Positions 16,920-27,154 of a DNA stretch of 64,000 bases are shown here, in pieces. The number at the start of each line of letters is the position of its first letter. Position 1 is the stretch's first letter. Source of the DNA: a virus; IMG/VR virus record IMGVR_UViG_3300042402_005830, positions 1 through 64,000 of that record. The stretch is one strand, 5' to 3'. The position numbers were made by a program, and so were the translations under genes. The notes beneath the pieces were generated by a model, which saw only the letters and a program-made list of their open reading frames with translations, did no database searches and was not told where the DNA came from.

Positions 16920-17674
16920 GTTCTATCAATCAGGTTGTTGACACCTTGTTATATCAAGATGAACTGAACCCCAAGTTTTGGGACAATCCATCAACACCTG
17001 AGAAATCTTCTTTAAGGAAAGAAGTTAGAAAGAAACTCATGGAAATAAGTGATGAATTTTTTGAGTATTTGGATCTTGATCTTTTTATTTCTGATATTAC
17101 AATGACAGGATCGTTGGCTAATTTTAATTGGTCTGACTTTTCCGATGTGGATCTTCATTTTATATTTGACTACAAACAAGTCGCAGGAAATGAAGAGATT
17201 TATAAAGAATATTTTAATTTAAAAAAAACCTTATTTAACAGCACACATGATATTAAAATTTTTGGACATGATGTGGAGATTTATATCCAAGATTTATTGG
17301 AGCCTCATCATTCTACTGGTGTATATTCTGTCTTACATAATGATTGGCTTAATGTTCCCAAAAAAGAAGATGTTCAAATTGACAAGGATGTATTGAAAAA
17401 GAAAATAAAGAATGTGGTTTCACAACTTGACGATGTTTTTTTAAATTTGGATGACGAAAATCCAAAAACCGCAATAAAAATATTAGATAATTTCAAAGAT
17501 AAATTAAAAACTTATAGATCAGCGGGATTGGCCAAGGGAGGTGAACAATCTTATGAAAACCTCGTTTTTAAATACATGAGAAGGGCCGGATATATTCAAA
17601 AAATATTTGATGCTAAAAATAAAATTATCGATAAAACACTTTCTTTGGAATCATATAATAGGAAAAAAAGATAA
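16916..17674 (+). CDS. Pol-beta superfamily nucleotidyltransferase
   Basis: GSLANFNWSDFSDVDLH (GS...DxD) and VEIY motifs. Confidence 0.8.
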   Translation: MSSINQVVDTLLYQDELNPKFWDNPSTPEKSSLRKEVRKKLMEISDEFFEYLDLDLFISDITMTGSLANFNWSDFSDVDLHFIFDYKQVAGNEEIYKEYFNLKKTLFNSTHDIKIFGHDVEIYIQDLLEPHHSTGVYSVLHNDWLNVPKKEDVQIDKDVLKKKIKNVVSQLDDVFLNLDDENPKTAIKILDNFKDKLKTYRSAGLAKGGEQSYENLVFKYMRRAGYIQKIFDAKNKIIDKTLSLESYNRKKR

Positions 17675-17713
17675 TTTGTATAAATCATTATATTTATTTA
17701 TAAAAAAACACTC

Positions 17714-17896
17714 ATGGCAATTACCGCATGTACTCAAGCCAGCTACGCTAACATCAATAGAATTAGTGTTGACAGGTCTTCCGCTACTTATTATACCATT
17801 CCCACACCATTATGGACGGAAGGTGATGATCAAACCCAAATTGCTTATCAATGTAACGCCGTAACTCTCGGAGGATTCAGAGGGTTAAATTCATAA
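17714..17896 (+). CDS. small hypothetical late protein
   Basis: 60-aa ORF; TATTTAT at 17691. Confidence 0.65.
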   Translation: MAITACTQASYANINRISVDRSSATYYTIPTPLWTEGDDQTQIAYQCNAVTLGGFRGLNS

Positions 17897-17921
17897 AATT
17901 AAAAAAATAACAAAAATACAA

Positions 17922-19364
17922 ATGTCAGATTTGAAACCATTGGGAAGTGAAAGACTTCAAGGGGATGAAAAAATCAAAAGAATCCTTGAGATTGCAAGAT
18001 ATAAAGAAGTCCCAAAGCAGGTAGTTAACGAATTATCTAGCGTAGAGTATTCCAAAACATTAAGTGATGGTGTAAAATATGTCATAGCCAAAGAAAAGCT
18101 CGGATATATTATTAAAAAATCAATCAACGAAGGTGTTGAAGAATATATCGAGCCAATGAAGAATAGAAAGTATTATAATTCCTATTCTCAAGCATTAAAA
18201 AGATTGAACCTTTTGGCTCGTGAAGTCAATTATGTTCAAGGTGTTAATGAAGGTATTGATTTATTCAACGAACAAAAAAGATATACATTAAAAACACCAA
18301 AACCTGCACCCTCGGAAACAACTTATGATGAACCAACACCTGACATGTCAATGGATAGTGGTATTGGCGCGGAGGCGGATTTGGGGATGGGTTCAGAAAC
18401 ACCTGCGGGTGGAGAATTGGACTTGGGATTGGATATGGATATGGGTGCTGACCAACCTACAGACATGGGTATGGATCTTGGATCCGAAGATACTGAAATG
18501 AAACCTACTGATGAAGGTGATGTCGATTTCAAAACAGTTCAAAAAATCACAGGAAAATTAAGTCAAAAATTGAGAGAACTCGACTCAATTCAAGGACTTG
18601 ATTCTTCAAATATGAAATATGTTATCAATTCGATATTGTCAGCAATGAACTTGGAGAAATTCAACGAGGATGACAAAGATGAAGTTATTGAAAGACTTGA
18701 AGGTGAAATCGATTATGGTTTGGAAGACACAGGTGTTGATATTGAAGCTACAGGTGAAGAATCTTCGTCGGAGTTCGATGTTGAATCACCCGAAGGTGGA
18801 GAAGAGTTGAAGGAATATGATGTTTATGGAAATGAAGGTTTTGGATATTTCGATAAAGATGAAAATCCTGTTGATATTGACGATGTCGATTTTGATTTTG
18901 AACCCGAAGGTCATGTACAGTCTTATGATGAGTTTATTAGTAAATTTGATAGAAGAGACCACAATGACCCACATTATGATATCAAGAAAAGACAACACGA
19001 TTCAAATATAGAAAAGTACGGAAACTTAAGATTAGGTAAAAAAAGAACACCTGTGAGTGATGTCAGCTCTATCGATAGAATTATGGATTCTATTTTTGCA
19101 GAATCAAAAGTTGAAAAGACAATTAACAAATATTTGAGTGAATCAGTTATTAAAGAAACTGAAGAAAAAATTAAGACCAAGAAAACCAAAATGGTCGAAT
19201 CTATTGGAAAAATGGCAACCACTTACGAACAAGAACTCACATCAAAGAAAATTATTAAAGAATTCAAAGATGTAGAATTGGTCGGAAGAACCAACAAGAA
19301 AAACATTATTTTCAATATTGCAGGTGAAGAATTTAAAGTAAATCAGAAAGGATTTTTAGAATGA
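17922..19364 (+). CDS. acidic head-module protein
   Basis: 480-aa ORF in the operon upstream of TerL; acidic low-complexity linkers. Confidence 0.65.
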   Translation: MSDLKPLGSERLQGDEKIKRILEIARYKEVPKQVVNELSSVEYSKTLSDGVKYVIAKEKLGYIIKKSINEGVEEYIEPMKNRKYYNSYSQALKRLNLLAREVNYVQGVNEGIDLFNEQKRYTLKTPKPAPSETTYDEPTPDMSMDSGIGAEADLGMGSETPAGGELDLGLDMDMGADQPTDMGMDLGSEDTEMKPTDEGDVDFKTVQKITGKLSQKLRELDSIQGLDSSNMKYVINSILSAMNLEKFNEDDKDEVIERLEGEIDYGLEDTGVDIEATGEESSSEFDVESPEGGEELKEYDVYGNEGFGYFDKDENPVDIDDVDFDFEPEGHVQSYDEFISKFDRRDHNDPHYDIKKRQHDSNIEKYGNLRLGKKRTPVSDVSSIDRIMDSIFAESKVEKTINKYLSESVIKETEEKIKTKKTKMVESIGKMATTYEQELTSKKIIKEFKDVELVGRTNKKNIIFNIAGEEFKVNQKGFLE

Positions 19365-19762
19365 AACTTGTTTATGTGAATGAACTTGGACCCGACTATA
19401 AAGGAAATAATACATATGAATTTATTTTCTCTGAAAGTGATGAGGTCTATGGTGAGGATTGGGATGTAAGTCCGGCCTCAGGAAGACCGCTTCCTCCACA
19501 ATTACAGTTCATTCACAGTGTTTTAAAATTCAGTGACTCTGAAATTAAATTTGATCTTGTTCAAAATTCTGATTATTTCAACATGTATGATGCCGTTGAT
19601 GGTGTCATTTGTTTGGCTTGGGAATCTGAAGATTCTGATTATGAAAGGATGGGGTATCAGAGATTCGTTTTTAAATTTGGAGATGAATTATCCTCAATAA
19701 AAGATAAATTTTACGAAAGAGATATTGTTCTTTCTGAAGAAAAAGTATTACAAGTACCATGA
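19361..19762 (+). CDS. hypothetical protein
   Basis: ATGA-coupled within the operon. Confidence 0.75.
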   Translation: MKLVYVNELGPDYKGNNTYEFIFSESDEVYGEDWDVSPASGRPLPPQLQFIHSVLKFSDSEIKFDLVQNSDYFNMYDAVDGVICLAWESEDSDYERMGYQRFVFKFGDELSSIKDKFYERDIVLSEEKVLQVP

Positions 19763-20766
19763 ACAACAAAAAAGTAAAAATATTATTGGAAAATGGTTTT
19801 TCTATTAAAACCATCAGAACACTTTCTGAAAGTGAAATCAATATATTGACAAAAAAAGTTCTCAAAGAAGCTCAAACTTCTGTTGTAAAAAAAACAACCT
19901 ACAACAAAGGAGAAGTTCAATCAATGGTTAACAAACATGGTGGACTTTCAATTGAAAATGGTGGTACGGTTACACCGGGTGAAGATGGATCAATCACTGT
20001 TACTCAAGGAGAAGGTGAAATGAAAGAAAACGAAGATTCATTTAATGATTTGGAAAGACAGGATTATACAGGTCAAGAAGGCCCTCACGATTCTGATGAT
20101 ATGGCACCTGATGGGATGGACGATGATTCAGATAATAATAGATCTATGATGGAAAATGAATTATCTGATGACGAAATTGATTTGATGTTAGATATTATTC
20201 AATCAAAAAAAGAAGGGTCGGATGAAAAAAGTGAATTAGATGAGAAATTCCAAAGTAAGTCACAACAGAAATATTTCTTTGCAAAATGTAATGATGAATC
20301 ATTAAGTAAAAAAGAAAGAAACAAGTGGTGTAAAATGGCTGATGAATTTGCTCAACATACAAATTTCTCAAAATTACCTGAGAAAGTTAAAGAAGATAAT
20401 TTAAAATCTTTGGAGGAAAGTGTGATGAAAATTGTTCAAAAACACCTACCCCCAAGCATTACAAAAGGTGACTTGGTTAAGTTAATAAGTGAGGCACCAA
20501 TGACAAAACCGGCACCTGTTAAGGAACCTGGGGTCGCTCCTTCAAAACCAAAACCAGGAACACCATTTCAACCAAAACATAAACCTAAGCCAAAGGCGGG
20601 AAAAAAGGTTCCTGAATGGATGTCTTATTCAGAAATTTTTGAATCTGAACCATTCACCAAACCAGCACCCGTGAAACCGGATGTTGCTCCGTCAAGACCA
20701 AGTCCAAAGACACCATTCCAACCAAAACATAAACCAAAACCAAAAGCAGGAGGTGATGAAAAATAA
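19759..20766 (+). CDS. head-module protein with a duplicated Pro/Lys-rich motif
   Basis: Two copies of TKPAPVK..VAPS.P.P.TPFQPKHKPKPKAG. Confidence 0.7.
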   Translation: MNNKKVKILLENGFSIKTIRTLSESEINILTKKVLKEAQTSVVKKTTYNKGEVQSMVNKHGGLSIENGGTVTPGEDGSITVTQGEGEMKENEDSFNDLERQDYTGQEGPHDSDDMAPDGMDDDSDNNRSMMENELSDDEIDLMLDIIQSKKEGSDEKSELDEKFQSKSQQKYFFAKCNDESLSKKERNKWCKMADEFAQHTNFSKLPEKVKEDNLKSLEESVMKIVQKHLPPSITKGDLVKLISEAPMTKPAPVKEPGVAPSKPKPGTPFQPKHKPKPKAGKKVPEWMSYSEIFESEPFTKPAPVKPDVAPSRPSPKTPFQPKHKPKPKAGGDEK

Positions 20767-22042
20767 TATAAAATCAAGACTCAGAAGGGCTTTATTAGAG
20801 GCACCAATCAGATATGATGGACCTGAAAAAATGGATCCTTCTTTGGAAGCCGCATTTAATATGAGTCAAACCCCTTATAGTAAAAACCCAGCGCTTCCTG
20901 ATATGAATGCTGATGGTATTCCTGACTCTTTTGAGCAAATAATGGCTAGTAAAAGGTTTAAGGATGTGGTTGAAAATTTAAAACGACTTACGGGGATTAC
21001 CAACATCTCAAATATGACTGCAATGATGCAACTTCAAACTTTGGCGATGGGTGCTTCACAAAAAATCATTCAAATACAGAATCAACATAAAGAGTATTTA
21101 GAAAATTTAGCTATTGATCTTGTTAAGAAAGAAACAGGTATCACCGACCAACTTAATTTCGAGGCGGATCTTGTATCACCTGGTGACATTACAAGTCAGG
21201 GTATGAGCGGTCAGGCACAGGATTATGAGGAAGAAGAGATACAACAACAATTTGGAGGTGAAGAAGAAGATTTTGAAGAGGATTTCATGTCTTTCATGGG
21301 GGCGATAGAAAATTTCAACAATGAAACCGCTAAAAGAAGAATATTAAACGCTTTGGTTCAGGGAGGTGCGAAAAAAGGTCATTACATGTACCAACTCGTT
21401 GTTCCTGAACTCAATAGATTAGATCCTGATTTAGTAAAACTATACGGTATAATTATGTCTTTTGCTGATTATGTTTATTGGATTATGCCAAACCAACAAA
21501 TGTTGAATATGGCAGGAAGTGGTAGTGGAATGATGGGTAAAGAAGAAGTTGATGAAACCACTGATCCACCCACAATTAAGGCTCAGGCTGTTTGGTTCCC
21601 TCTTTTAATTCATGAATTATTGAAAGGAGTTGGTGATGTTGTTATGACGCAAGGCTTACCTGATGATCCAAGAGCCGCCGAGATGGTTATGGGAGTGGCT
21701 GACACATTACCCGATGAAGTTTGGGATATGAGAGTCGGACCAATTATTTATGAAAAGTTAGTCAATTCTTATCCTGAAGAATTATTTGATGAAGACAAGA
21801 AGATCATCCAATTCTACTTGAAATCAAGATTGGCTCAACTAACTCCTGATGAGTTTTTTGAAACCATGAGAGAGATTTTGAAAGAAACCCCGAAAGGAAA
21901 AAAATTGGTAGAAAAAATGGTTAAAGAAATCATTCAAGAGTTAAAACAACAAGAATATGAGGATGCGATGGGATCGGAAGATGAGGATGAAGACGATGAC
22001 TTGAATAATTTCTTATCTAATCTCGGAATTAGTTTAAATTAA
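20756..22042 (+). CDS. hypothetical head-module protein
   Basis: Long ORF; likely start at MKNNIKSR (ATG 20756) overlapping the previous stop. Confidence 0.7.
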   Translation: MKNNIKSRLRRALLEAPIRYDGPEKMDPSLEAAFNMSQTPYSKNPALPDMNADGIPDSFEQIMASKRFKDVVENLKRLTGITNISNMTAMMQLQTLAMGASQKIIQIQNQHKEYLENLAIDLVKKETGITDQLNFEADLVSPGDITSQGMSGQAQDYEEEEIQQQFGGEEEDFEEDFMSFMGAIENFNNETAKRRILNALVQGGAKKGHYMYQLVVPELNRLDPDLVKLYGIIMSFADYVYWIMPNQQMLNMAGSGSGMMGKEEVDETTDPPTIKAQAVWFPLLIHELLKGVGDVVMTQGLPDDPRAAEMVMGVADTLPDEVWDMRVGPIIYEKLVNSYPEELFDEDKKIIQFYLKSRLAQLTPDEFFETMREILKETPKGKKLVEKMVKEIIQELKQQEYEDAMGSEDEDEDDDLNNFLSNLGISLN

Positions 22043-22045
22043 TGG

Positions 22046-23812
22046 ATGGGTTTAACAAGAGAACAAGTATTATTAGAATACGCAAAATGTGTTAAAAATC
22101 CTGAATACGCTTTAAAGACGTATTTAAAAACTTATGACCAAACAGTTCAGGGGTTCGTACCCCTGAAGTTGTTTCCTGACCAAGTCAAATTAATTCAGGA
22201 TTTTGAGGAATTTGAGGAAAATATTGCTTTGAAATATAGACAAGCTGGTGTATCAACAGTCACCGCGGCTTGGATCTCAAAAAAATTAATTACCGCACCA
22301 AAAGGAAAACCCGAGAAGATTCTAATCATTGCTAACAAGTTGGACACTGCCGTAGGTATGGCCGATAAAATTAGATCTTTCCAAGAACAATGGCCTGATT
22401 GGTTTGGCGTGTCCTTTTCAAGTGAAAAAAATTCTCAAAGACATTTCAGATTAACGAATGGTTGTGAAGTAAAAGCAGTTGCAACTTCTAAAGACGCATT
22501 GAGGGGTTATACACCCACCATTCTTGTCTTTGACGAAGCCGCATATATTGAAGCTGATGATGATTTCTGGGCGGCATGTATGGCCTCCCTTTCAACAGGG
22601 GGTAAAGTTATAGTGATATCAACCCCAAACGGATTTGACCAAATTTATTATTCAATTTATGACCAAGCATTAAGAGGTATGAATGATTTCAAAATCTCGG
22701 AAATGTATTGGTATAGAGATCCAAGATATACAAAAGAAATGTATCTTGTGAAAACAAAAGACATCGTTCATTATTTGTTAAACAAAGATGATTATAGTGA
22801 AGAAGAACATGTTATAAGATTAGACAAATCGGGTTGGGATTTGGATTTAGATTTCGTGGTTTCAAAGATTAGTGATGGTTATAAACCATGTTCTTCGTGG
22901 TTTGAAACTATGGTTAAAAAATTGAAATACGATCGAAGAAAAGTATCCCAAGAATTGGAGTGTAATTTCCTTGGTTCTGGAGATAATGTTATTGATTCCG
23001 GAACTATGGAAAAGATAAAGAAAAATGACATAGCCGAACCCAAAGAGAGAATGATGGGAGGGGCGTTGTGGATTTGGAAAGAACCTGTAATGGATCACAA
23101 ATACATCATGGGTATTGATGTTTCTCGTGGGGATTCTGAAGATTTTACAACATTCAACATCATAGATTTTGACACAAGGGAGCAAGTTGTTGAATTTTTA
23201 GATAAAGTCCCACCCGACATTGCTGCAGAAATCGCATTAAAATGGGCACAAAGATATAATGCATTTGTTGTAATTGACATTACGGGAGGGATGGGTGTTT
23301 CAACATCAAGAAAGATGCAGGAGTTGGGTTATAAAAACATGTATATTGATGGACAAGTTCAATCCGATGTATGGAAGTATGACCCTAAAACTTTAGAAAA
23401 AATACCTGGTATAAATTTCAATAATAAGAGAGTTCAAATTATCGCAACCTTTGAAGAATGGATCAGACATGGATTCAAAATCAAATCCACGAGACTTTAT
23501 AACGAACTTTTGACATTTGTTTATATCAACGGACGACCAGACCATATCAAGGGACAACACGATGATTTGATCATGTCTTGTGCAATGGCGATGTATGTTG
23601 GAGAAAGTAGTTTCTCAAAACTTACAAAAGTAACCGAACAAGCAAAAGCAATGATTGATTCTTGGACACTCAATGAGAGTGTAAAATATAAAACAGATCT
23701 TATGAATCCGAGTGTTCCATCTTATTATGGAAGTTCAAGTAATGACAGTAAATCTATTTCTCAAAAAGATGTAGAAAAATATTCTTGGTTATTCGGTGGG
23801 ATGAGAAGATAA
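22046..23812 (+). CDS. terL: terminase large subunit (T4 gp17-like)
   Basis: KYRQAGVST Walker A, ILVFDEAA Walker B, ISTPNG, GIDVSRG nuclease, HDDLIM. Confidence 0.93.
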   Translation: MGLTREQVLLEYAKCVKNPEYALKTYLKTYDQTVQGFVPLKLFPDQVKLIQDFEEFEENIALKYRQAGVSTVTAAWISKKLITAPKGKPEKILIIANKLDTAVGMADKIRSFQEQWPDWFGVSFSSEKNSQRHFRLTNGCEVKAVATSKDALRGYTPTILVFDEAAYIEADDDFWAACMASLSTGGKVIVISTPNGFDQIYYSIYDQALRGMNDFKISEMYWYRDPRYTKEMYLVKTKDIVHYLLNKDDYSEEEHVIRLDKSGWDLDLDFVVSKISDGYKPCSSWFETMVKKLKYDRRKVSQELECNFLGSGDNVIDSGTMEKIKKNDIAEPKERMMGGALWIWKEPVMDHKYIMGIDVSRGDSEDFTTFNIIDFDTREQVVEFLDKVPPDIAAEIALKWAQRYNAFVVIDITGGMGVSTSRKMQELGYKNMYIDGQVQSDVWKYDPKTLEKIPGINFNNKRVQIIATFEEWIRHGFKIKSTRLYNELLTFVYINGRPDHIKGQHDDLIMSCAMAMYVGESSFSKLTKVTEQAKAMIDSWTLNESVKYKTDLMNPSVPSYYGSSSNDSKSISQKDVEKYSWLFGGMRR

Positions 23813-23849
23813 TATTGTATTTATAGAAAAATCTATTATTTTATATAGC

Positions 23850-25709
23850 ATGGCACAATCCAATCAACAATATACAATTTGGCAAAGACTTTCAAGGGTC
23901 TTCGGTCCTGATTCAACATTAAATCAACAAGTACCCCAATATCGGTTCGATAAAAAAGAAATATTACGAACAAAATCAAAAGGGGAATATGAGAAAGAGA
24001 AGTTACAAGCTCAACAGAGTTTGTATTTGGCAAACCAATGGTCAAAAGTAGAGAATAATCTTTATACCCAAGCGGTTTATTATGAACCAACCCGTTTGGC
24101 ATCATATTATGATTATGAATCAATGGAATTTACTCCCGAGATTTCAGCGGCTTTGGACATTTATGCTGAGGAATCAACAACCCCAAATGAAAACGGATAT
24201 ATTCTTCAGATTTATTCAGAATCAAATAGAATCAAAAGTATTTTAGCCGATTTGTTTAATAACAAGTTGGACATCAATACAAATTTACCTATGTGGACGA
24301 GAAATACTTGTAAATATGGAGATAATTTTGTGTATTTGAAAATTGACCCTGAACAAGGCGTTGTTGGTGTTCAACAATTACCAAACATTGAAATTGAAAG
24401 ATTTGAGAGGGGTATGGTTGTTAATACTGTAGCACAAAACACCGGTGTGGAAAACAAACATCTTACTTTTACTTGGAAAAACAAAAATATTGAATTTAAT
24501 ACTTGGGAAGTTGCTCATTTTAGATTACTCGGCGATGACTCAAAATTACCATATGGAACATCCATGTTGGAGAAGGCAAGAAGAGTTTGGAAACAACTTC
24601 TTTTATCGGAGGATGCGATGTTGATATACAGAACATCAAGAGCTCCTGAAAGGAGAGTTTTCAAGGTTTTCGTTGGAAATATGGATGATAAGGATGTTGA
24701 AGCGTATGTCCAAAGGGTTGCCAACAAATTTAAGAGAGATCAGATTGTGGATCCCAAGAATGGAAATGTGGATTTGAGATATAACCAAATGGCGGTTGAT
24801 CAAGATTACTTTATCCCCGTAAGAGATCCGAATGCTCCAAACCCGATTGATACATTACCAGGAGCTCAAAACCTGAGTGAAATTGCCGATATAGAATATA
24901 TTCAGAAAAAATTATTGACAGCTTTGAGAATACCAAAAGCGTTTTTGGGATTTGAAGAAGTGGTTGGTGATGGAAAAAACTTAGCTCTTTTGGATATTAG
25001 ATTCGCAAGAACCATCAATAGGATTCAACAAGCGATGGTTCAAGAGTTAAATAAAATAGCAATTGTTCATTTATATATTTTAGGATTTGAAGACGAATTA
25101 AGTAATTTTACCCTTGGACTAACAAATCCATCTACACAACAAGATATGTTGAAGGTCGAACAACTCCAATCTAAAATTCAACTTTATAGAGATGCTGTTA
25201 CGGATCCTGGTAATGGAATTCAAGCGGTCTCAGCGTCATGGGCTAAGAAACACATTCTTGGATTTAGTGATGAAGAAATCAAACTTGACATTCAACAACA
25301 ACGGATTGAAAAGGCGGTTGCTAAAGAACTTGAGGAAACCCCGAATGTCATTACTAAAACAGGATTATTTGATAATATTGATAAGTTGTATGGTAATGGA
25401 AAACCAAAAGAAGGGGGTGAAGCTGGTGCTGGCGAAGAAACAACATCTGGAGGTGGAGAAATTACTTCACCACCAAGTTTTGGGGATTTAGGGACGGAAA
25501 CACCCGCCGCTGAAGCTGGTGGTACTGAAACTACAGAAACTCCCGCACCTGAAGCTGGTGGTGAAGTAACACCCGAATCAAGGGATAGAGATGAAAATTT
25601 AATCTTGGAAGAAGATATGATTCAAGGGAGAATAGAATTAAACTTCAATAAGGCGAAGAAATCAATTAATGAAATTGATAAAAAATTGAACGAGTTATTG
25701 AAATCATAA
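23850..25709 (+). CDS. portal protein (T4 gp20-like)
   Basis: EDAMLIYRTSRAPERRVF, IDTLPGAQNL, DIRFARTINRIQ. Confidence 0.93.
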   Translation: MAQSNQQYTIWQRLSRVFGPDSTLNQQVPQYRFDKKEILRTKSKGEYEKEKLQAQQSLYLANQWSKVENNLYTQAVYYEPTRLASYYDYESMEFTPEISAALDIYAEESTTPNENGYILQIYSESNRIKSILADLFNNKLDINTNLPMWTRNTCKYGDNFVYLKIDPEQGVVGVQQLPNIEIERFERGMVVNTVAQNTGVENKHLTFTWKNKNIEFNTWEVAHFRLLGDDSKLPYGTSMLEKARRVWKQLLLSEDAMLIYRTSRAPERRVFKVFVGNMDDKDVEAYVQRVANKFKRDQIVDPKNGNVDLRYNQMAVDQDYFIPVRDPNAPNPIDTLPGAQNLSEIADIEYIQKKLLTALRIPKAFLGFEEVVGDGKNLALLDIRFARTINRIQQAMVQELNKIAIVHLYILGFEDELSNFTLGLTNPSTQQDMLKVEQLQSKIQLYRDAVTDPGNGIQAVSASWAKKHILGFSDEEIKLDIQQQRIEKAVAKELEETPNVITKTGLFDNIDKLYGNGKPKEGGEAGAGEETTSGGGEITSPPSFGDLGTETPAAEAGGTETTETPAPEAGGEVTPESRDRDENLILEEDMIQGRIELNFNKAKKSINEIDKKLNELLKS

Positions 25710-25721
25710 TATTTATTTAGT

Positions 25722-26393
25722 ATGAAAACATTAGGAAGTTATATTACAAAATTTGAGAATCAACTTGTTGAAGGTTATAAAACCAATACTTTCAAAAAGT
25801 CATTGACTCAATTCAAAAATGAAGTTTTGAAAAATAATGATCTCAAAGAGGCTACAAATATCTATTACGAGTTGTCATCAAAAAAAGGATACGACAAAGA
25901 ATTTGCCGAAATGTTTTTAAACGAATCAATCAATAGATTGAAAGAGATTTATCAAATTAAAGAGGTTCAAAATTATTTGTCTGAAGGTGAAAATAACTAT
26001 ACCAAAATAGATGAATTAGTGTTTTCAAAAAATATTGAAAAGAAAGTTAAAAACAGAATTTCTATTATAGAAAACCTTCAACAAAAACAAGAAATCACTG
26101 AAACAATTTATTTACCTTTATCTATTCAAGTAGATATTGCAAACTCCAAGATTAAACCTTTGTTGGAGAATTTATCTGAAGAAGAACTTTCTTTATTAAA
26201 AGAAATGAAAGAAATCTCGGAAAACGATTTGGTAAATTTGGTCACAGAAACCAAAACTGAAATCCTTGATGTTTTTGAGAAAAATTCAATAGAAGAAAAT
26301 AAATTGGACGAACTCAAGAATAAATTAGGATCATATAACAATTCCCACCGTTCATTATTTGAACTCAGAAGATTTTTGAATGAGTTAGTTTAA
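25722..26393 (+). CDS. hypothetical head-module protein
   Basis: 223-aa ORF; TATTTAT at 25710. Confidence 0.7.
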   Translation: MKTLGSYITKFENQLVEGYKTNTFKKSLTQFKNEVLKNNDLKEATNIYYELSSKKGYDKEFAEMFLNESINRLKEIYQIKEVQNYLSEGENNYTKIDELVFSKNIEKKVKNRISIIENLQQKQEITETIYLPLSIQVDIANSKIKPLLENLSEEELSLLKEMKEISENDLVNLVTETKTEILDVFEKNSIEENKLDELKNKLGSYNNSHRSLFELRRFLNELV

Positions 26394-26575
26394 TTATCAT
26401 TAAACTTCTGATTCACATAGATCGCTTTATTCATTTTTTCTCTGTTGATTTCGGAATCTTTTTTATATTCTTTATTTTCCCAAAGATTTTTATGAATTTG
26501 AGTCTTATAAATTTTATATTTATAAGTCTTCAAAGCAGCTTCTATGTTTTTCTTATTTACAGGAACTATGATCAT
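26390..26575 (-). CDS. rpsU: ribosomal protein bS21 (phage-encoded)
   Basis: MIIVPV..NIEAALK.YK.K...LWENKEYKKDS...R...KAIY resembles Bacteroidota bS21; antisense position between portal and protease as in described bS21 phages. Confidence 0.8.
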   Translation of the reverse strand: MIIVPVNKKNIEAALKTYKYKIYKTQIHKNLWENKEYKKDSEINREKMNKAIYVNQKFNDN

Positions 26576-26686
26576 AGATTGTTAATTTCGTAATGATAAA
26601 TACTACTGTATTTTTTAAATTTTGACAATACCCCCTTTTTTTCATATATTTTTGTAAAATAAACAATTATAACATGAAGGGATTCT

Positions 26687-27139
26687 ATGAAGAAGGGAAA
26701 ATCAATTAAGATAAGCGGATTTAAAGATTACAAAATAAATTACGGAACAGTAGATTTTAAATCAATGAAATCGGTTTATTTGGTCATTCAAGCATGGGTT
26801 GAACCAATTATGGATCTTGAATCTTGGTCTTCAGTTGTCAATACATTAAGAAGAGATATTAAACACAAATTGTTGGATGCAATCGATTCAACCATATTTA
26901 ACGGAAGAACAATTGTGGATTTAGATTTAAGAACTTCAGGTATTCAAGAAGGTAAAAGAAGTTTTATGAATTTGGAAATCACTTTGTTTTTGGATGATTA
27001 CATCGATTTTAAATCCGAAAATTTGAAAAAATCTTTACAGAATATCTGTAAACACATCATTAAGAATAGTTTTAGATCTAGTAGATACTTTTCATTTCAC
27101 TTATCAAAATCCTCCCCACAACTTAAATTAATTTCCTGA
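26687..27139 (+). CDS. hypothetical phage protein
   Basis: 150-aa ORF; TATTTTTG promoter at 26647. Confidence 0.75.
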   Translation: MKKGKSIKISGFKDYKINYGTVDFKSMKSVYLVIQAWVEPIMDLESWSSVVNTLRRDIKHKLLDAIDSTIFNGRTIVDLDLRTSGIQEGKRSFMNLEITLFLDDYIDFKSENLKKSLQNICKHIIKNSFRSSRYFSFHLSKSSPQLKLIS

Positions 27140-27154
27140 ATCATATTTATTTAT

